Shown: positions 23,725 through 37,727, counted from the stretch's first letter. The stretch: DNA of 64,000 nt from Nemertoderma westbladi (GCA_032718475.1 JAUCBJ010001077.1:1-64000); one strand, 5' to 3'. Notes: a model not told the origin generated them from the sequence alone. A program made the numbers and translations.

Positions 23725-24912
23725 CTAACTTGTAACTTGACTGAGGAAGAAAACAAAATATATAACATTGACAGCGAAATAAAATGCGGGAAACAAATAT
23801 CTCGAAACTTGATCTAAGACCTTGGCGTAATTTCGAACCTCAGTTGTAGAGTTTGTGGCGTCAGCAATTTCTACTTTACTCTTAAACAAAGTATCTAACT
23901 GGCAAACGAATGTAAATTCAATGAGAGCTCCCGTTACGAAAATTAAACCAATAGCAAAGTAAATGTCTATGGCTCGTATATATGAGATCTTGGCGAGTTG
24001 TTTGTATGTGTTTAGAGTGAGGGTGAGGTAGGTTAGCACAGTAGTGATGTTGAGAGCCGCCCGTGCTGAGACAATAGAACGATCGATCCAAAAACCTACC
24101 CACGACATCATAACAACTAGATTCAACGGTAAAAAAGTCGCTAAAATATACGAATTGATGAGCCGCTGGAACTTTAAGTTGATGTAAATTTGAGAGAAGC
24201 TCCCCATTGAGGTTGTGGAAATAGTTTTATTGAAGGTAATGCTTTCGTTTGTTAGAGTGTGGTGTTCCGATAGTTGAATGTCTTGAACGATGTAAACCCC
24301 GGATCCGAGCTCGTTGAAACCGAAATCAAACATTACATCCCTTTCGGGGTAGCTGTAACTCGAGAGAATTATAGGGCAAAATTGGGTGTCGAACGGGAAG
24401 ACAAATAGGTTGAATTCGCAGTTGACCTTGAGGCTGAGTCGCGTGGACTCGTAGAGAGTTCCATCGGGTAACAACTCGATATACTTGGAGCCCCCGGTGC
24501 GAGCGCCAACATCGGTGAACTGGTTGACGACGGAGAGATCCGGAGTCCAGATGAGTCGGATGAACCGGGGGTTCAGTACAACGCGGCCGCTGTGAGCGGG
24601 GAACGCGGAGCGGAACGCTAAACGGTCGTCGCGCCACGTCATCCGCAGATAGAGAACCGCCTCGAACGTCATGGAACCGCCGTTAATGTTCCCTACGCTG
24701 TATATCGCTACGTTGGTTCCCACTTGTACCGCTTGGTGGCCACCCGGCCGCTGCAGTAAGTTTCCGCTTCTCTCTGACTCTATCAAAGTCGTTAAGGAGT
24801 TGATGATGTCCTGAGGAGTTGCATGGCAACTGTGTAAATTATTGAGTAAAGTTGCCATGGTAACTGCGTATATAAAATAATGCCACATTTTCCCTTTGCC
24901 TTCAAATAACAT
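23725..24912 (-). CDS. Cys-loop ligand-gated ion channel subunit, anion-selective (GlyR/GABA-A/GluCl-like) type, intronless
   Basis: Signal-peptide-like N-terminus, WRDDRL, IWTPD, Cys-loop CEFNLFVFPFDTQFC, M1 PLNLVVMMSWVGFW, M2 ARAALNITTVLT, M3, M4 DQVSRYLFPAFY. Confidence 0.95.
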   Translation of the reverse strand: MLFEGKGKMWHYFIYAVTMATLLNNLHSCHATPQDIINSLTTLIESERSGNLLQRPGGHQAVQVGTNVAIYSVGNINGGSMTFEAVLYLRMTWRDDRLAFRSAFPAHSGRVVLNPRFIRLIWTPDLSVVNQFTDVGARTGGSKYIELLPDGTLYESTRLSLKVNCEFNLFVFPFDTQFCPIILSSYSYPERDVMFDFGFNELGSGVYIVQDIQLSEHHTLTNESITFNKTISTTSMGSFSQIYINLKFQRLINSYILATFLPLNLVVMMSWVGFWIDRSIVSARAALNITTVLTYLTLTLNTYKQLAKISYIRAIDIYFAIGLIFVTGALIEFTFVCQLDTLFKSKVEIADATNSTTEVRNYAKVLDQVSRYLFPAFYFAVNVIYFVFFLSQVTS

Positions 24913-27900
24913 TTGAACTCATTTATATATAACTCATATATATAACTCATATATAGTTTATCGCGAAGGTATTTTGAAATCCCGCGCTGCTGCACTTAAA
25001 AACTTGGTAAATGATCGAACCACTTTAATAATGAGAAAAAATTTAACGAGAGTTAAATTAAAAAAAAAATGTTTATTTTGGAAAATATAATCACTCGATT
25101 CCCAATCAAACATGTGCACCCCCCTATTTTGCAAATTGACAAAATAGTTTTTTTATTTTATCATGTGCCAAATTTAATGGAGATTTCAAATCTGCAAGCA
25201 GTTTTCTCATATCTTTTCTCAAACTCAAGTTATTACCCAAAACGTAAGAGCTGGTCTGAGTTTTGAAAAGCCTTCAAGCAGCACTATATATTACAATTGT
25301 AAGGGGCCCTTTTCATAAAAAAAGGCTCTCACGTTACAGATATGAATAAAATTGCTAGAAAGTTGTTTTAATGGTTATATGTTTAGCAAGCATGAAAAAT
25401 TTCGTTGAATTTCATTCATTTTTGACAAAGTTGTTGAACATAGAAAAATGGTATTATCTAAAATAGCGGGAAGGTTTGAATTGTTTCTTAAACTTTAAAC
25501 ACCCATATCTCAGAATGACGTTTTTTCATGAAAAGGGCTATTTCTCCGCCAGTTTTAAATGAAATGAGTTGAAATTTGGTACACTTGTTAATATTACCCT
25601 TCTCCATACTTCTTCTGAACAAATTTGGTTGGAAATGCCCTGGAGCCTTTTATATCAAAAAGGCCCAAAAAAAGACCTTTTTTGGGGCTTTTTTGTTCTA
25701 AAAAGGCTCCAGAGCATTTGTGGCAAAATTTGTTCAGAACAATTGGATGCAGGGTTCTTCTGAACCCATATTCCAAATTTCGACAAATTTCAACAAATAT
25801 TGGTGGAGAAAACTGTAGGTTCAATTTTTACAAATCATTTTTCTTGCAATAATATACTAATTCTATAAGCAAATAACCTTTCACCTAATAAATATCAGTT
25901 TAAGTTATTCTTGGCAACAATAACTAATAACTAACTTCGTCACTTTGAATTCAGAATTTATTGCCAATAGATTTGTATTGAGTGTTCAAGCACTAAAGAC
26001 ACTATCAACTGCAGCACCTAATATCTGAATTGTTAGAAAAAATATTTCAAAAATCATAAATTAATTTATCATCAACAATATGATTTAAGTGAAAATAGAA
26101 GAGCCTCAGAAATAATATGAGTGACGAAAAGTCCACGTCACCAAAACTTATCAATTTCGCAGTTCCCCTTGCCAGAGGTGCTACTATATAACAGAAGTGC
26201 CATTGTCGTCTGAGATGCACCTTGATGCACCCAGTACCAGTAGTACCAATAGTAATACTTCAATTCCCCATTCGTCTTTACTCTGTAGTACGTGACCAGT
26301 AGGCGTGGGCTTGCCCCAAACATGCAGTGTATTGTGTAACCAGGCTTTATGTTCAGTTTTTCAGTACAGAGACCTATACTGAGTTTTCTTCAGTTTCTGT
26401 TCTAGAAACTTTCTCAACGTCTTACCTACGCTTCCACCAAAAAATGGTCATCAAGCCATCTGTCCAGGGTCTGGAAATAGCTACCAGAGTACTTCCTTCT
26501 TCAAATGTTGAACTTTCCGTTGCAGCTGTAGGTATTGTACCGATACCATACGGCATTGCACTTAGTGTGGTCAATCATGACCTGTCATATACTGTACTGA
26601 AGATACGTCCATAGATTGAGCTACACATACGAACGGACGGATTGACAGTCGGTATTAAACTGAACTGTAACTGGCTATGGGGATAGTAAGGTCCACTGTC
26701 TTACAGGCTCTCCCTTTAGTGTAATTATAATATTAATAGTTGTGTTTAATTGGTCAACTCACTTTGGGCCAATCCACTTGGATCTGTTGACGGATCTTCC
26801 GTAGCTCCGATGGGCCTCGACAGGCCAAATATCTTGAGAGCCGAGGTCCGCTGGTCTATGAGATCGCGCAGCCATGTTAGGTCTCTGGGCGGCCGCCTGC
26901 TGGTGTTGGTTTATTGAGTCCCGGCCACAGGTGCCGCAGGCAGCCGCATAGCTATCGTTTACCATATTTCGCTACTTACAATACTATCTTTATCTGTAAA
27001 TAAAAGGAAATTCAGTCATTCATAATATGCGCACACACATAGTGAAGATTCAAAGAGCATCATATTCTAATTCACAATATCTTCAGATCATATTATAAGA
27101 CCAGATATTTATTTAAAAAAAAACTTATTAAAACTACTTACTAACTAGTTTAGTGCTATGATTTTAACATTACAGTACAAATGTAAGAATTAATTCAATC
27201 AAATATGGATTTGAAATTGTGGCTCAAATAAAATATTGAACTACGTGAATGAACAATACGTACTATGCATTTATGAAATGAGAAGATATGGATTGAAAAT
27301 GTTCCCCATAATAGTTAAGAGGCCTTGATCGATGCCTGTCCAACATAATACTGCAATAGTGGTTGGCTATATTAGAAGTTTGCAATTTAGCAGTGGAGCC
27401 AACATCTGGAAGAAACATATTGTTGATATTAGTAGTACGCTGTAGTTTAAGATAATACTGTATTAAGTACGGGGAAGATTCCATTTATATTAGTCAGTAA
27501 ACAAAATACCAAATGGCGTTGTGATGGGGATCGCATTGGACAGACAGAAAGGCGACAAGATAGTAATATGACTAACTGGTAATGCACAGCTGCTTCTGAA
27601 TAAAAAATGACTTTGGATAAAAACCATGAAAATAGTATAGTCACTTAGGCAGCATATCATTGACTTATTTAACGAGGCGGGGGAGGGGGGGGGGGGGTGT
27701 GTGGACTTGACAAAAATACCATCTCGGAGAATTAATATCTCGGCGCAATGTTAAATTATCAATTACGGGAAAGGAGCAGTTAACAGTGGTACATTATTCT
27801 AACCAAAACAATAAACTACTAAAGTAAATCAATAGAATAGGTTATGGTTATATTTTTGAGATTAATCCGATTTTTAAATCATATCCATCCATTATTGGGT

Positions 27901-29639
27901 TGCTAACATTGAGTTCTGGGCATAAACAGTACCATAATATAAATGTCAATATTCAGTGGGCGACCCATCCTCAGGCCATCACCATCAATGCAGCGAGCAG
28001 GCAAACACACACACACACCCTGCCAAATTACAAAAAATACCAATGTTGTGTAGGCCTACTACAATAAAATGCAACTTTCATTCTTGTATTCTGCGTATTT
28101 GCTGGCTGCCTTCTCCCTCACAATGTAATAATAATATTGCATTAGCTTGTCTAATGTTGCCAGAGTGAGATAGCTAGAAGTGTTAAGCACAGTGTGTGAT
28201 GGATGGATGATAGGGGGGAGGTTGGATCCCTAATATTATAGCTATTAATGAATTCGGGGCAACGTATAACAAGGGGCATGCAGGTTGGAAATGTGCCCGC
28301 TATTTGAGCCAACCCCATGTCCATGGATGTCGGCCCCCATATACGTACACGAGGGGTTGTAGGCGCATGCCAGTGTATGTAGTGTAGTTATTGTCCGCCA
28401 GCAGGTCTACCCGCCCTTACAATAAATCCGAGTGGCATATCTTTGTGAATCTCACATTATCATTATTCTAGTTGGTAGCAGCAATAGTTTGTAGTGGCTG
28501 CCAGCAATATTTAGTTGTTACATGAAATCAATTTGCAATGTACTGTAGGTGATCTAAAGTACAAAGTTTAATGGACCTGGTCTGCTCTGTTGTTGCAACT
28601 TAACACACTCAAAACATGAGCTGCCCGTTAATATTAGTATTTAACTTATTATATTACCTGCAATATTGTGTATTTTGATAGTTCAAAACTAATTAAAAAT
28701 TTATCTGCATTGGTCCGTCTAGTAGTAAGTGTAATTTATTACTTTTCTTTAAAATATCCCTTTATTATCCGCTAAAGTGCGGATAATAAAGACTTTGATG
28801 TCCGCTTTTGAGAAACAATAAAGTAATTATCCAGTCAATCTTCCAAAAATGCGGATAATGAAATATTTATCCAATCAGTGATCTTGAAGTTTATTATGTT
28901 GATTTCGCATAATTTATTGATTCTAGATCAGTAATTACTTTGGTAATTATTAATAAATTTAGCATTAAAATGTTTAGTTGTAGGATATTTTGCTCCTGTA
29001 GCTAGTATAATCGAATTTTTGGTTTGATTAAGGTTTTGGAATATCACCTTTACTCACAAAGTATTAAGAATAGCTAGAATATATTAGTACCGGAGCTAGT
29101 ATTATTAAATTAGACTGGTGCGAAAAATATGGCATATTATTATAAATAACTTTGGTAGTTTAAACTTCTAATTCGAAATAAAAGGGAATATTTTAAAGGA
29201 AACAAGATATTTTACAATTCTTATTGTAATGCGCATTTCCTCGAAAGGGAATCATATTCCTCGAAAATGCGGAATTATAAAGTCTTACAAGAACATGTTA
29301 CTTTCTTCTGTAGAGAAATACCGGTAGTTATTATTAGCGATTTGGTACCGCTTACTATTTTTTATCGAGTAATAGTCCTAACTTGTCAAAGTTTTTCCAA
29401 CTAACTTCTGTACATTCTTACAAAACCAATTTCCATATTATTCCTTATAAAAGGAACAGTCAGTCAGAAATATAACGTAAGACAGACAGTATATTATCCG
29501 ACACGCTGGAAGCTGGGAATCCGCAAGCAACAGGTAATTGAAAATTGCACAATAAATAATTTTAATAATATGCCGGGTATAATTAATTACTGACTTCTGG
29601 TATTTTATTTAGCTAGTGATAAATTTACCAACACCAAGT

Positions 29640-30258
29640 AATGTTAGCTAATGGTAGCTAGTGTTTTTATTAATGGTAGCTAGTGTTTATTAATGGTACT
29701 TATTGTTTAGCAACTAATGGTAAATGGTAGATAGTTTTTTTTATTAATGGTAGCTTGTAGCTAGTGTTTACTAACTAATGGTAGCTATCATTTGCTAACT
29801 ACTGGTAGCTATTGTTTACTAATTAATGGTAGCTATTATTATTTACTGACTAATGGTAGCTATCATTTGCTAACTACTGGTAGCTATTGTTTACTAATTA
29901 ATGGTAGCTATTATTATTTACTAACTAATGGTAGCTATTATTATTTACTAACTAATGGTAGCTATTATTATTTACTAACTAATGGTAGCTATTATTATTT
30001 ACTAACTAATGGTAGCTATTATTATTTACTAACTAATGGTAGCTATTATTATTTACTAACTAATGGTAGCTATTATTATTTACTAACTAATGGTAGCTAT
30101 TATTATTTACTAACTAATGGTAGCTATTATTATTTACTAACTAATGGTAGCTATTATTATTTACTAACTAATGGTAGCTATTGTTTACTAACTAATGGTA
30201 GCTATTATTATTTACTAACTAATGGTAGCTATTATTATTTACTAACTAATGGTAGCTA
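29640..30258. repeat. 24/27-bp minisatellite (ACTAACTAATGGTAGCTATTATTATTT)
   Basis: Homogeneous 27-bp copies at 29900-30258 with degenerate copies upstream; source of the LLTNGSYYY pseudo-ORF. Confidence 0.95.
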
Positions 30259-30668
30259 ATGTTTAGTAGTAACTAATTGTAGGCTAGGTGCTGTAGCGTT
30301 TACTAGATTGACTTTCTCTACATCCACCCAGTTCTGCCCACCTATTGCACTGCCACAGTGCAGTGCCACGGGGTATAGGTGGAAAGTGTGTGCCGCACAG
30401 AACTTCTTATACATATAACATAAATTAGTTAGATTGGGGCCCCACTAACATGACTTGGCTATTATTGGTTGCCTAACTCCTCTGGGGGGGGGGGGGGGGG
30501 GGGGGGGGGGGGTGTCACAGCAGTTAAACAACAACATTAAGTAGGATATTCTGTGTAGGATTTACTTAACTTACGTTCTGTTCTCATAATCGTTTTATTT
30601 TAATTATTTTTTTTTATTTAAGAAAGTCGTTGTTTCTCCTTTCTTAATCTGGGTCTGTTACATCGGCA

Positions 30669-30833
30669 ATGCCTACTCCCCGGTCTGATAATGCAACCAG
30701 TCCACCAATCAGCGACGAGTTGAACAACAAACCAACTAAACCATATGTCTATCATTACTGCGACGAATGTGGGTTGGAGTGTTCGTCCCCCGCCAACCTT
30801 AAAGCCCACATTAACCGACATAAAAGCGGACAG
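30669..30833 (+). CDS. C2H2 zinc-finger protein, first coding exon (finger 1)
   Basis: ATG at 30669 with an in-frame stop upstream; CDECGLECSSPANLKAHINRH; donor cag|gtgag, phase 0. Confidence 0.85.
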
Positions 30834-31153
30834 GTGAGCATCAACCGACAAGTCGCAACCGACATACGTAGGGAACCGCATATAGTTATACACCCTCCCC
30901 CCCAAATTTGTCTACAAATCTTAATTACATTGCATGCAATTTGAAACATAAATAGTTTCACCTCCCCGGCTCCTACTGGGCGATCCAGAATTTTATTTTC
31001 GCCTTCAATATTTAGCTACAAGGGTTTAAAAAACTGTGCCTCCGGTGATATTTCACATGTTACACACCAGAGTCATTCCTCAACCTATATAGTGATTTGT
31101 TGGTAAGATAACTTATATTGACAGGTTGTTCGCACTTATGTATTCAATGTTAT

Positions 31154-33513
31154 TACTATATTCGTTACAGTAGACGCGTGTCCATGACGATGTCCAGATG
31201 AGATACTATATTCGTTACAGTAGACGCGTGTCCATGACGATGTCCAGATGAGATACTATATTCGTTACAGTAGACGCATGTCCATGACGATGTCCAGATG
31301 AGATACTATATTCGTTACAGTAGACGCATGTCCATGACGATGTCCAGATGAGATACTATATTCGTTACAGTAGACGCGTGTCCATGACGATGTCCAGATG
31401 AGATACTATATTCGTTACAGTAGACGCATGTCCATGACGATGTCCAGATGAGATACTATATTCGTTACAGTAGACGCGTGTCCATGACGTTGTCCAGATG
31501 AGATACTATATTCGTTACAGTAGACGCGTGTCCATGACGATGTCCAGATGAGATACTATATTCGTTACAGTAGACGCGTGTCCATGACGATGTCCAGATG
31601 AGATACTATATTCGTTACAGTAGACGCGTGTCCATGACGATGTCCAGATGAGATACTATATTCGTTACAGTAGACGCGTGTCCATGACGATGTCCAGATG
31701 AGATACTATATTCGTTACAGTAGACGCGTGTCCATGACGATGTCCAGATGAGATACTATATTCGTTACAGTAGACGCGTGTCCATGACGATGTCCAGATG
31801 AGATACTATATTCGTTACAGTAGACGCGTGTCCATGACGATGTCCAGATGAGGTACTATATTCGTTACAGTAGACGCGTGTCCATGACGATGTCCAGATG
31901 AGATACTATATTCGTTACAGTAGACGCGTGTCCATGACGATGTCCAGATGAGATACTATATTCGTTACAGTAGACGCGTGTCCATGACGATGTCCAGATG
32001 AGGTACTATATTCGTTACAGTAGACGCGTGTCCATGACGATGTCCAGATGAGGTACTATATTCGTTACAGTAGACGCGTGTCCATGACGATGTCCAGATG
32101 AGATACTATATTCGTTACAGTAGACGCGTGTCCATGACGTTGTCCAGATGAGATACTATATTCGTTACAGTAGACGCGTGTCCATGACGATGTCCAGATG
32201 AGATACTATATTCGTTACAGTAGACGCGTGTCCATGACGATGTCCAGATGAGATACTATATTCGTTACAGTAGACGCGTGTCCATGACGATGTCCAGATG
32301 AGATACTATATTCGTTACAGTAGACGCGTGTCCATGACGATGTCCAGATGAGATACTATATTCGTTACAGTAGACGCATGTCCATGACGATGTCCAGATG
32401 AGATACTATATTCGTTACAGTAGACGCGTGGTCCATGACGATGTCCAGATGAGATACTATATTCGTTACAGTAGACGCGTGTCCATGACGATGTCCAGAT
32501 GAGATACTATATTCGTTACAGTAGACGCATGTCCATGACGATGTCCAGATGAGATACTATATTCGTTACAGTAGACGCGTGTCCATGACGATGTCCAGAT
32601 GAGATACTATATTCGTTACAGTAGACGCGTGTCCATGACGATGTCCAGATGAGATACTATATTCGTTACAGTAGACGCGTGTCCATGACGATGTCCAGAT
32701 GAGATACTATATTCGTTACAGTAGACGCATGTCCATGACGATGTCCAGATGAGATACTATATTCGTTACAGTAGACGCGTGTCCATGACGATGTCCAGAT
32801 GAGATACTATATTCGTTACAGTAGACGCATGTCCATGACGATGTCCAGATGAGATACTATATTCGTTACAGTAGACGCGTGTCCATGACGTTGTCCAGAT
32901 GAGATACTATATTCGTTACAGTAGACGCGTGTCCATGACGATGTCCAGATGAGGTACTATATTCGTTACAGTAGACGCGTGTCCATGACGATGTCCAGAT
33001 GAGATACTATATTCGTTACAGTAGACGCGTGTCCATGACGATGTCCAGATGAGATATTATATTCGTTACAGTAGACGCGTGTCCATGACGATGTCCAGAT
33101 GAGATACTATATTCGTTACAGTAGACGCATGTCCATGACGATGTCCAGATGAGATACTATATTCGTTACAGTAGACGCGTGTCCATGACGATGTCCAGAT
33201 GAGATACTATATTCGTTACAGTAGACGCGTGTCCATGACGATGTCCAGATGAGATACTATATTCGTTACAGTAGACGCGTGTCCATGACGATGTCCAGAT
33301 GAGATACTATATTCGTTACAGTAGACGCGTGTCCATGACGATGTCCAGATGAGATACTATATTCGTTACAGTAGACAGACGCGTGTCCATGACGATGTCC
33401 AGATGAGATACTATATTCGTTACAGTAGACGCGTGTCCATGACGATGTCCAGATGAGATACTATATTCGTTACAGTAGACGCATGTCCATGACGATGTCC
33501 AGATGAGGTACTA
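31154..33513. repeat. 50-bp satellite array, about 47 near-identical copies, intronic
   Basis: Unit TACTATATTCGTTACAGTAGACGCGTGTCCATGACGATGTCCAGATGAGA, head-to-tail with no spacers. Confidence 0.98.
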
Positions 33514-33732
33514 TTAGTGGACCAAGTCATTCGCCCCCTAGCGGCCGACAGAGGAACTATAGAAGTCTGTCTGTGTGTAGAATTTCTAAACTTTTTATAG
33601 ACTACAAATATTGTGTACCAAGTTTGGTTCCATTTCATGAAAGATCTTATTAGCGTTCGAGCGACGACAGACGGGTCCACTAATATACCCCTCCTAGACT
33701 ATAGCTCACCTGGACTTACGTGGCTCGCCCCA
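33512..33732 (+). mobile_element. Short non-autonomous element with 12-bp subterminal inverted repeats (HINE/DINE-1-like)
   Basis: tattagtggacc (33512) ... ggtccactaata (33674-33685), short gtct/acag runs, 3' end gctcgcccca shared with copies at ~5320 and ~21782. Confidence 0.5.
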
Positions 33733-33841
33733 CAGTACAATACAACTGTATTCGTTCACTGTATTGTATTCACTGCGTGAAACTTGCCTTACTGCTTGAT
33801 ATCCCTACGTTTATATCGTTAAATATTTAATTCCTTTACAG

Positions 33842-34014
33842 GTTGAATGTGATCACTGTGAATTCCAAGCGCCCTCTAGAGGCGATATGGAGCAGCACAT
33901 GTTGGAGTTGCACAGCGATATTTGCAACAAAACCTGCGCTAAATGCGACTATCGCACTATGTTTATAGCGTCGCTAAGACGACATGAACTGGTTCACACA
34001 GACAGATCACTAAG
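33842..34014 (+). CDS. C2H2 zinc-finger protein, exon with fingers 2-3
   Basis: tttacag|VECDHCEFQAPSRGDMEQHMLELHSDICNKTCAKCDYRTMFIASLRRHELVHTDRSL|gttag, phase 0-2; missed by the ORF track. Confidence 0.9.
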
Positions 34015-34626
34015 GTTAGCGAAACTACTCATTATTCTCTTCTTTGTTGGCCCATAATCACTAATTATTTATTACATGGGAAAAAAGTAAAACGTTTTTC
34101 ATATAATATATTTACTAAATATACTAAACTATTAAAAAGAATTTTTGAAAAGTTTAAAAAGAATTTTATTTATTTTGACAAGAGAGCTAATCATTTTAAC
34201 AATATCCCTTGTTGAAATTGACAAGATAATTTAAGGGGGGGGGGGGGGGGGGGGATACTCCCATGAACCTTTTTTTTAAATGGCTGTCAATTAGTGTTAA
34301 ATGATAAAATTGCTAGTCCCTCAATCTTGGTCCAAATTTCTTGAAACCAACTTTTTAGGACTCAGCGTCATCGACTCTACAAAAGTTATCTTATAGAATT
34401 TTTAATTAGCCATTTTTATTTTTATTAAATAATTTAATTAATTAATTATCATATTTTTAATTAAAATTGGCTAATTACAAAAATTGATAATTTTAATTTT
34501 AATTTAATTTAATTTCTTACACCAAATATACAGATGGGTACACAAAGCACAATAGGTTAATAATACAAGCACTATTATAAAATAATATGATATGTCTAAG
34601 TACTGCAGATCTAAGAAGGTAATTAG

Positions 34627-37600
34627 TTATGATGAAGATACACTATTTAAAATATTACTCAATTCCTGGCGGGTAAAGCCATCTACAATACCTCCGTTGT
34701 TTAGGCACCAAATAATTTCCCTACAAAAATTAACTCGCCACTTATCTGCGTTCAGTAACGGTACATAAGTAAGATTAGATACCGCACGAGATGTCAGCAA
34801 TTCAAGATTAAATATGTTACACATGTTTCCTATTTCTCGTAAATTTCTCCCAGACCGGGTACGACAATCAACTAAACATATATTAGCAAGAAAACGAATG
34901 CACATTTTGTTAGACCTACGTAATGATAAACAAAATGAAACGAAGCGAGAGTAAAGCATAATACACACGGGTGTTTAAACTGCACTAGGTTTTCAACAAT
35001 ATATCGATGAGAATTAAATGGTAATCCAAAAATCATTCTAACATTTACATTCCAGGTGCTAAAAATTCTTATACATGTTGGCGAAAAAAGGTTCCACAGG
35101 TTACTACCGTAGAAACTAGTGCAATAACTACGTTGTACATTGCAAAGCACAAACGGGTCCGAAAAATATAGTTCCTGCCTTAAGGCATTCAATTTGCCTA
35201 TAAACTGCCCTCGTTTACGCACGATATCAGATTCCATTGAGTTTTTAAAGTCAAGAAGGTTACCGAGATGCAGCGCCTCCTTAACCCATGGAAGAGGCGA
35301 ACCGTTCAACTTAATTGTCGCTAAAGGCTTAACCCAGACCCGCCCGAAAGCTATACACTTTGACTTGGACTTGTCCGGATTCGGATTCGTGCTGAATATT
35401 AACTTGTTTTCCGATGCAAACTCTTCGCACAATTTAACCATATGCTGAAGGCCTACGATGGACGGACATAGCAAAAATAGGTCATCGGCATAACCAACCG
35501 CCCCAAAATATACAGACCCCACGAAGCAACCTACTTTGGAATTTCTTAATTTCCTAAACAGCTTATCAAGTAAGATACAGAATAAGATTGGCGAGGCAAC
35601 AGACCCTTGGCGTACCCCATTGGACGATGTAAAAGACTCAGAATGCGTATTATTCCATCGCACTACACAAGATTGATTATTGTAGATAAATAACAGAGAC
35701 CGGATGTAAAACGGAGAAAACCCCTTCTTTAAGAGCTCAAGGAACAGCTTGCACCATTCCACCATATCAAATGCTTTAGAAAGATCAAGCAAACAGCCAA
35801 ACACTGGAGTTGCATTTCTGGAATAGAAACTAATTACCTCAGTTGCAGCCCAAGTACACTGAGTGGTACTAGATCCCCGTTGAAACCCAAACTGTAACTC
35901 ATCTAATTTTAAACAATCAGCCTGTGCGAGTAGCATCACCCATTCAAACAATTTAATCAGGAGAGACGACAAAGCGATGGCCCTATAATTACCGGATACT
36001 GTATCATCGCCCAACTTATCCTTGATCAATGGAATGATAACACAATTCAAAAGAAATTGCGGAACGAATCCGTGAGTCAAAAAGGAATTAAATAGATTAC
36101 TGAGATGAAAACAAAGTTCAGGAGGACCATGGATTAGACAGTCAGAATCAAAGCCAAAAGTCACATCTGTTTTAGAACTTTTAAGTCTGTTGAGACCCTC
36201 AGCAACTAAATCCGGAGAAACCCGAGGAACATCGTCCAGAGTACAATTTACCAACTTGGCATCAATTAGTGCCTTCAATGCTTCTAAATCTGAATTGTAT
36301 GGCTGATTATACAAAGATGAATAGATTCCCGCAAATCGATCGGCGATAGACTGCGGGTCTGTACAACCATCGATCGATGAACTAACATTATTCGATGAGA
36401 AGCGGAGATTCCTTATTTCCTTAAAGATGTCAGTATTATTCAACAAGCAGGCCTCAATTAATTTATCCCTTCGCACATTATCAGCTGAGCGTTTCACCCG
36501 GCGAACAGCATATTTATACTGAGCGCGAGAGACCCTTCGCATATGATATAAGTGGCTATTTTGTGATACATTAGGGCAACCCGCCGAGACCCACAAGGAA
36601 TGCCAAAACATAGCATCATCTCTGAACGGTTTCACCCGTTCAGACCACCTGGGGATAATAGGATGATTAAAGGGGGATCCCCTACTTCCATTACTACGAT
36701 GTAAAATATTACTGCTACACTGGTCAATAGCTTCCAATATATCTAAGGCATATTTCTCAGTAGATAACAAATGTTCTGGAACATTACAAAAAATATTATT
36801 ACACTGAGTACACATAGGCAGCGGTTCTGCTAATGAATTCAATCTGATAGTTAATCGGTTAATAAATTCACGTTGCTGATCATTAGTGGAACGTTTAAAT
36901 TTTACATTACCTTCACCTATATTACTACCATTATCATTATCATTGCTATCGCATTGCACATTTGAAACATTTACTTTAAACTTAAGAAAAATTGGGGAAT
37001 GAAATGACAAATTGACACCAGTATGAATTACACCTGAATCAAAAATATTTTCACAAAATTGTGAATTACTGAAAAAATGATCCAACGTTGAATGAAATGC
37101 TGAATTCTCTCTAAAACATGTATATGTATAGTCAACTGGGTAAGAATCCCAAAGGCGATCGAATTGAAATTCTTGTATCATTTGATTAATTAAACTACAG
37201 TGCATCGTAGTGCGGCAGAAGTCAGCATTAAAATCCCCTGTGAGCAGAATATTGCACTGATTAACTGATAAAATAATATCTTTAATATCGTTTATTGTCG
37301 TAAGTAAATCGTCGCTGATATTATTATCACGCGATTCAACCGGAAAATAAGAATTGATAATAACCAATGGTTTATCATTTGGTAAATGTAAACGTATTGC
37401 TTGTAAACGCGTATTCTTCACATTTATTCTAGAAATGTATTTAGATAATTTATTTCGAAAAATATAACATAATCCACCTGATGGCCTGCCTGCACGGATT
37501 TCATTCACGGGATAAGTTGCAGGCTGTATTATGCACTGATAGTCGCTAAAAGCTGATTTTATTATATAACTATTCTCTCTTAGCACAAAGTGTTCTTGCA

Positions 37601-37727
37601 AACAGACTATGTCACTCCCTAATAATAACATATTTATAAATTCCCGTTTATCCGGCGACAAACCAGTGCTATTGTAGGATTAAATACAAAAACTATTGTT
37701 AACAACAGTAGGATTTGAGGTAGCCAT
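34627..37727 (-). pseudogene. LINE ORF2 (AP endonuclease plus reverse transcriptase) with an early stop and a C-terminal frameshift
   Basis: ATG at 37727, in-frame TAA at 37682-37680 before SYNSTG; CLQEH, GDFN, LDHF, NYRAIAL, QFGF, GVRQGS, YADD; frameshift near 34965. Confidence 0.9.

Noticed and set aside
26130-26995. Exon-like GC-richer segments and short ORFs
   Set aside because: The segment at 26762-26995 has stops in all three frames just after its acceptor, and faint GRP..TWLRDL similarity suggests decayed LINE sequence; the short ORFs at 26138-26614 show no recognisable motif.
29792-30259. 155-aa LLTNGSYYY ORF (likewise 43210-43572 and 10068-10346)
   Set aside because: Translations of minisatellites.
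31154-33513. CRISPR-like regular array
   Set aside because: Head-to-tail 50-bp units with no unique spacers, no cas genes, and a eukaryotic intron context.
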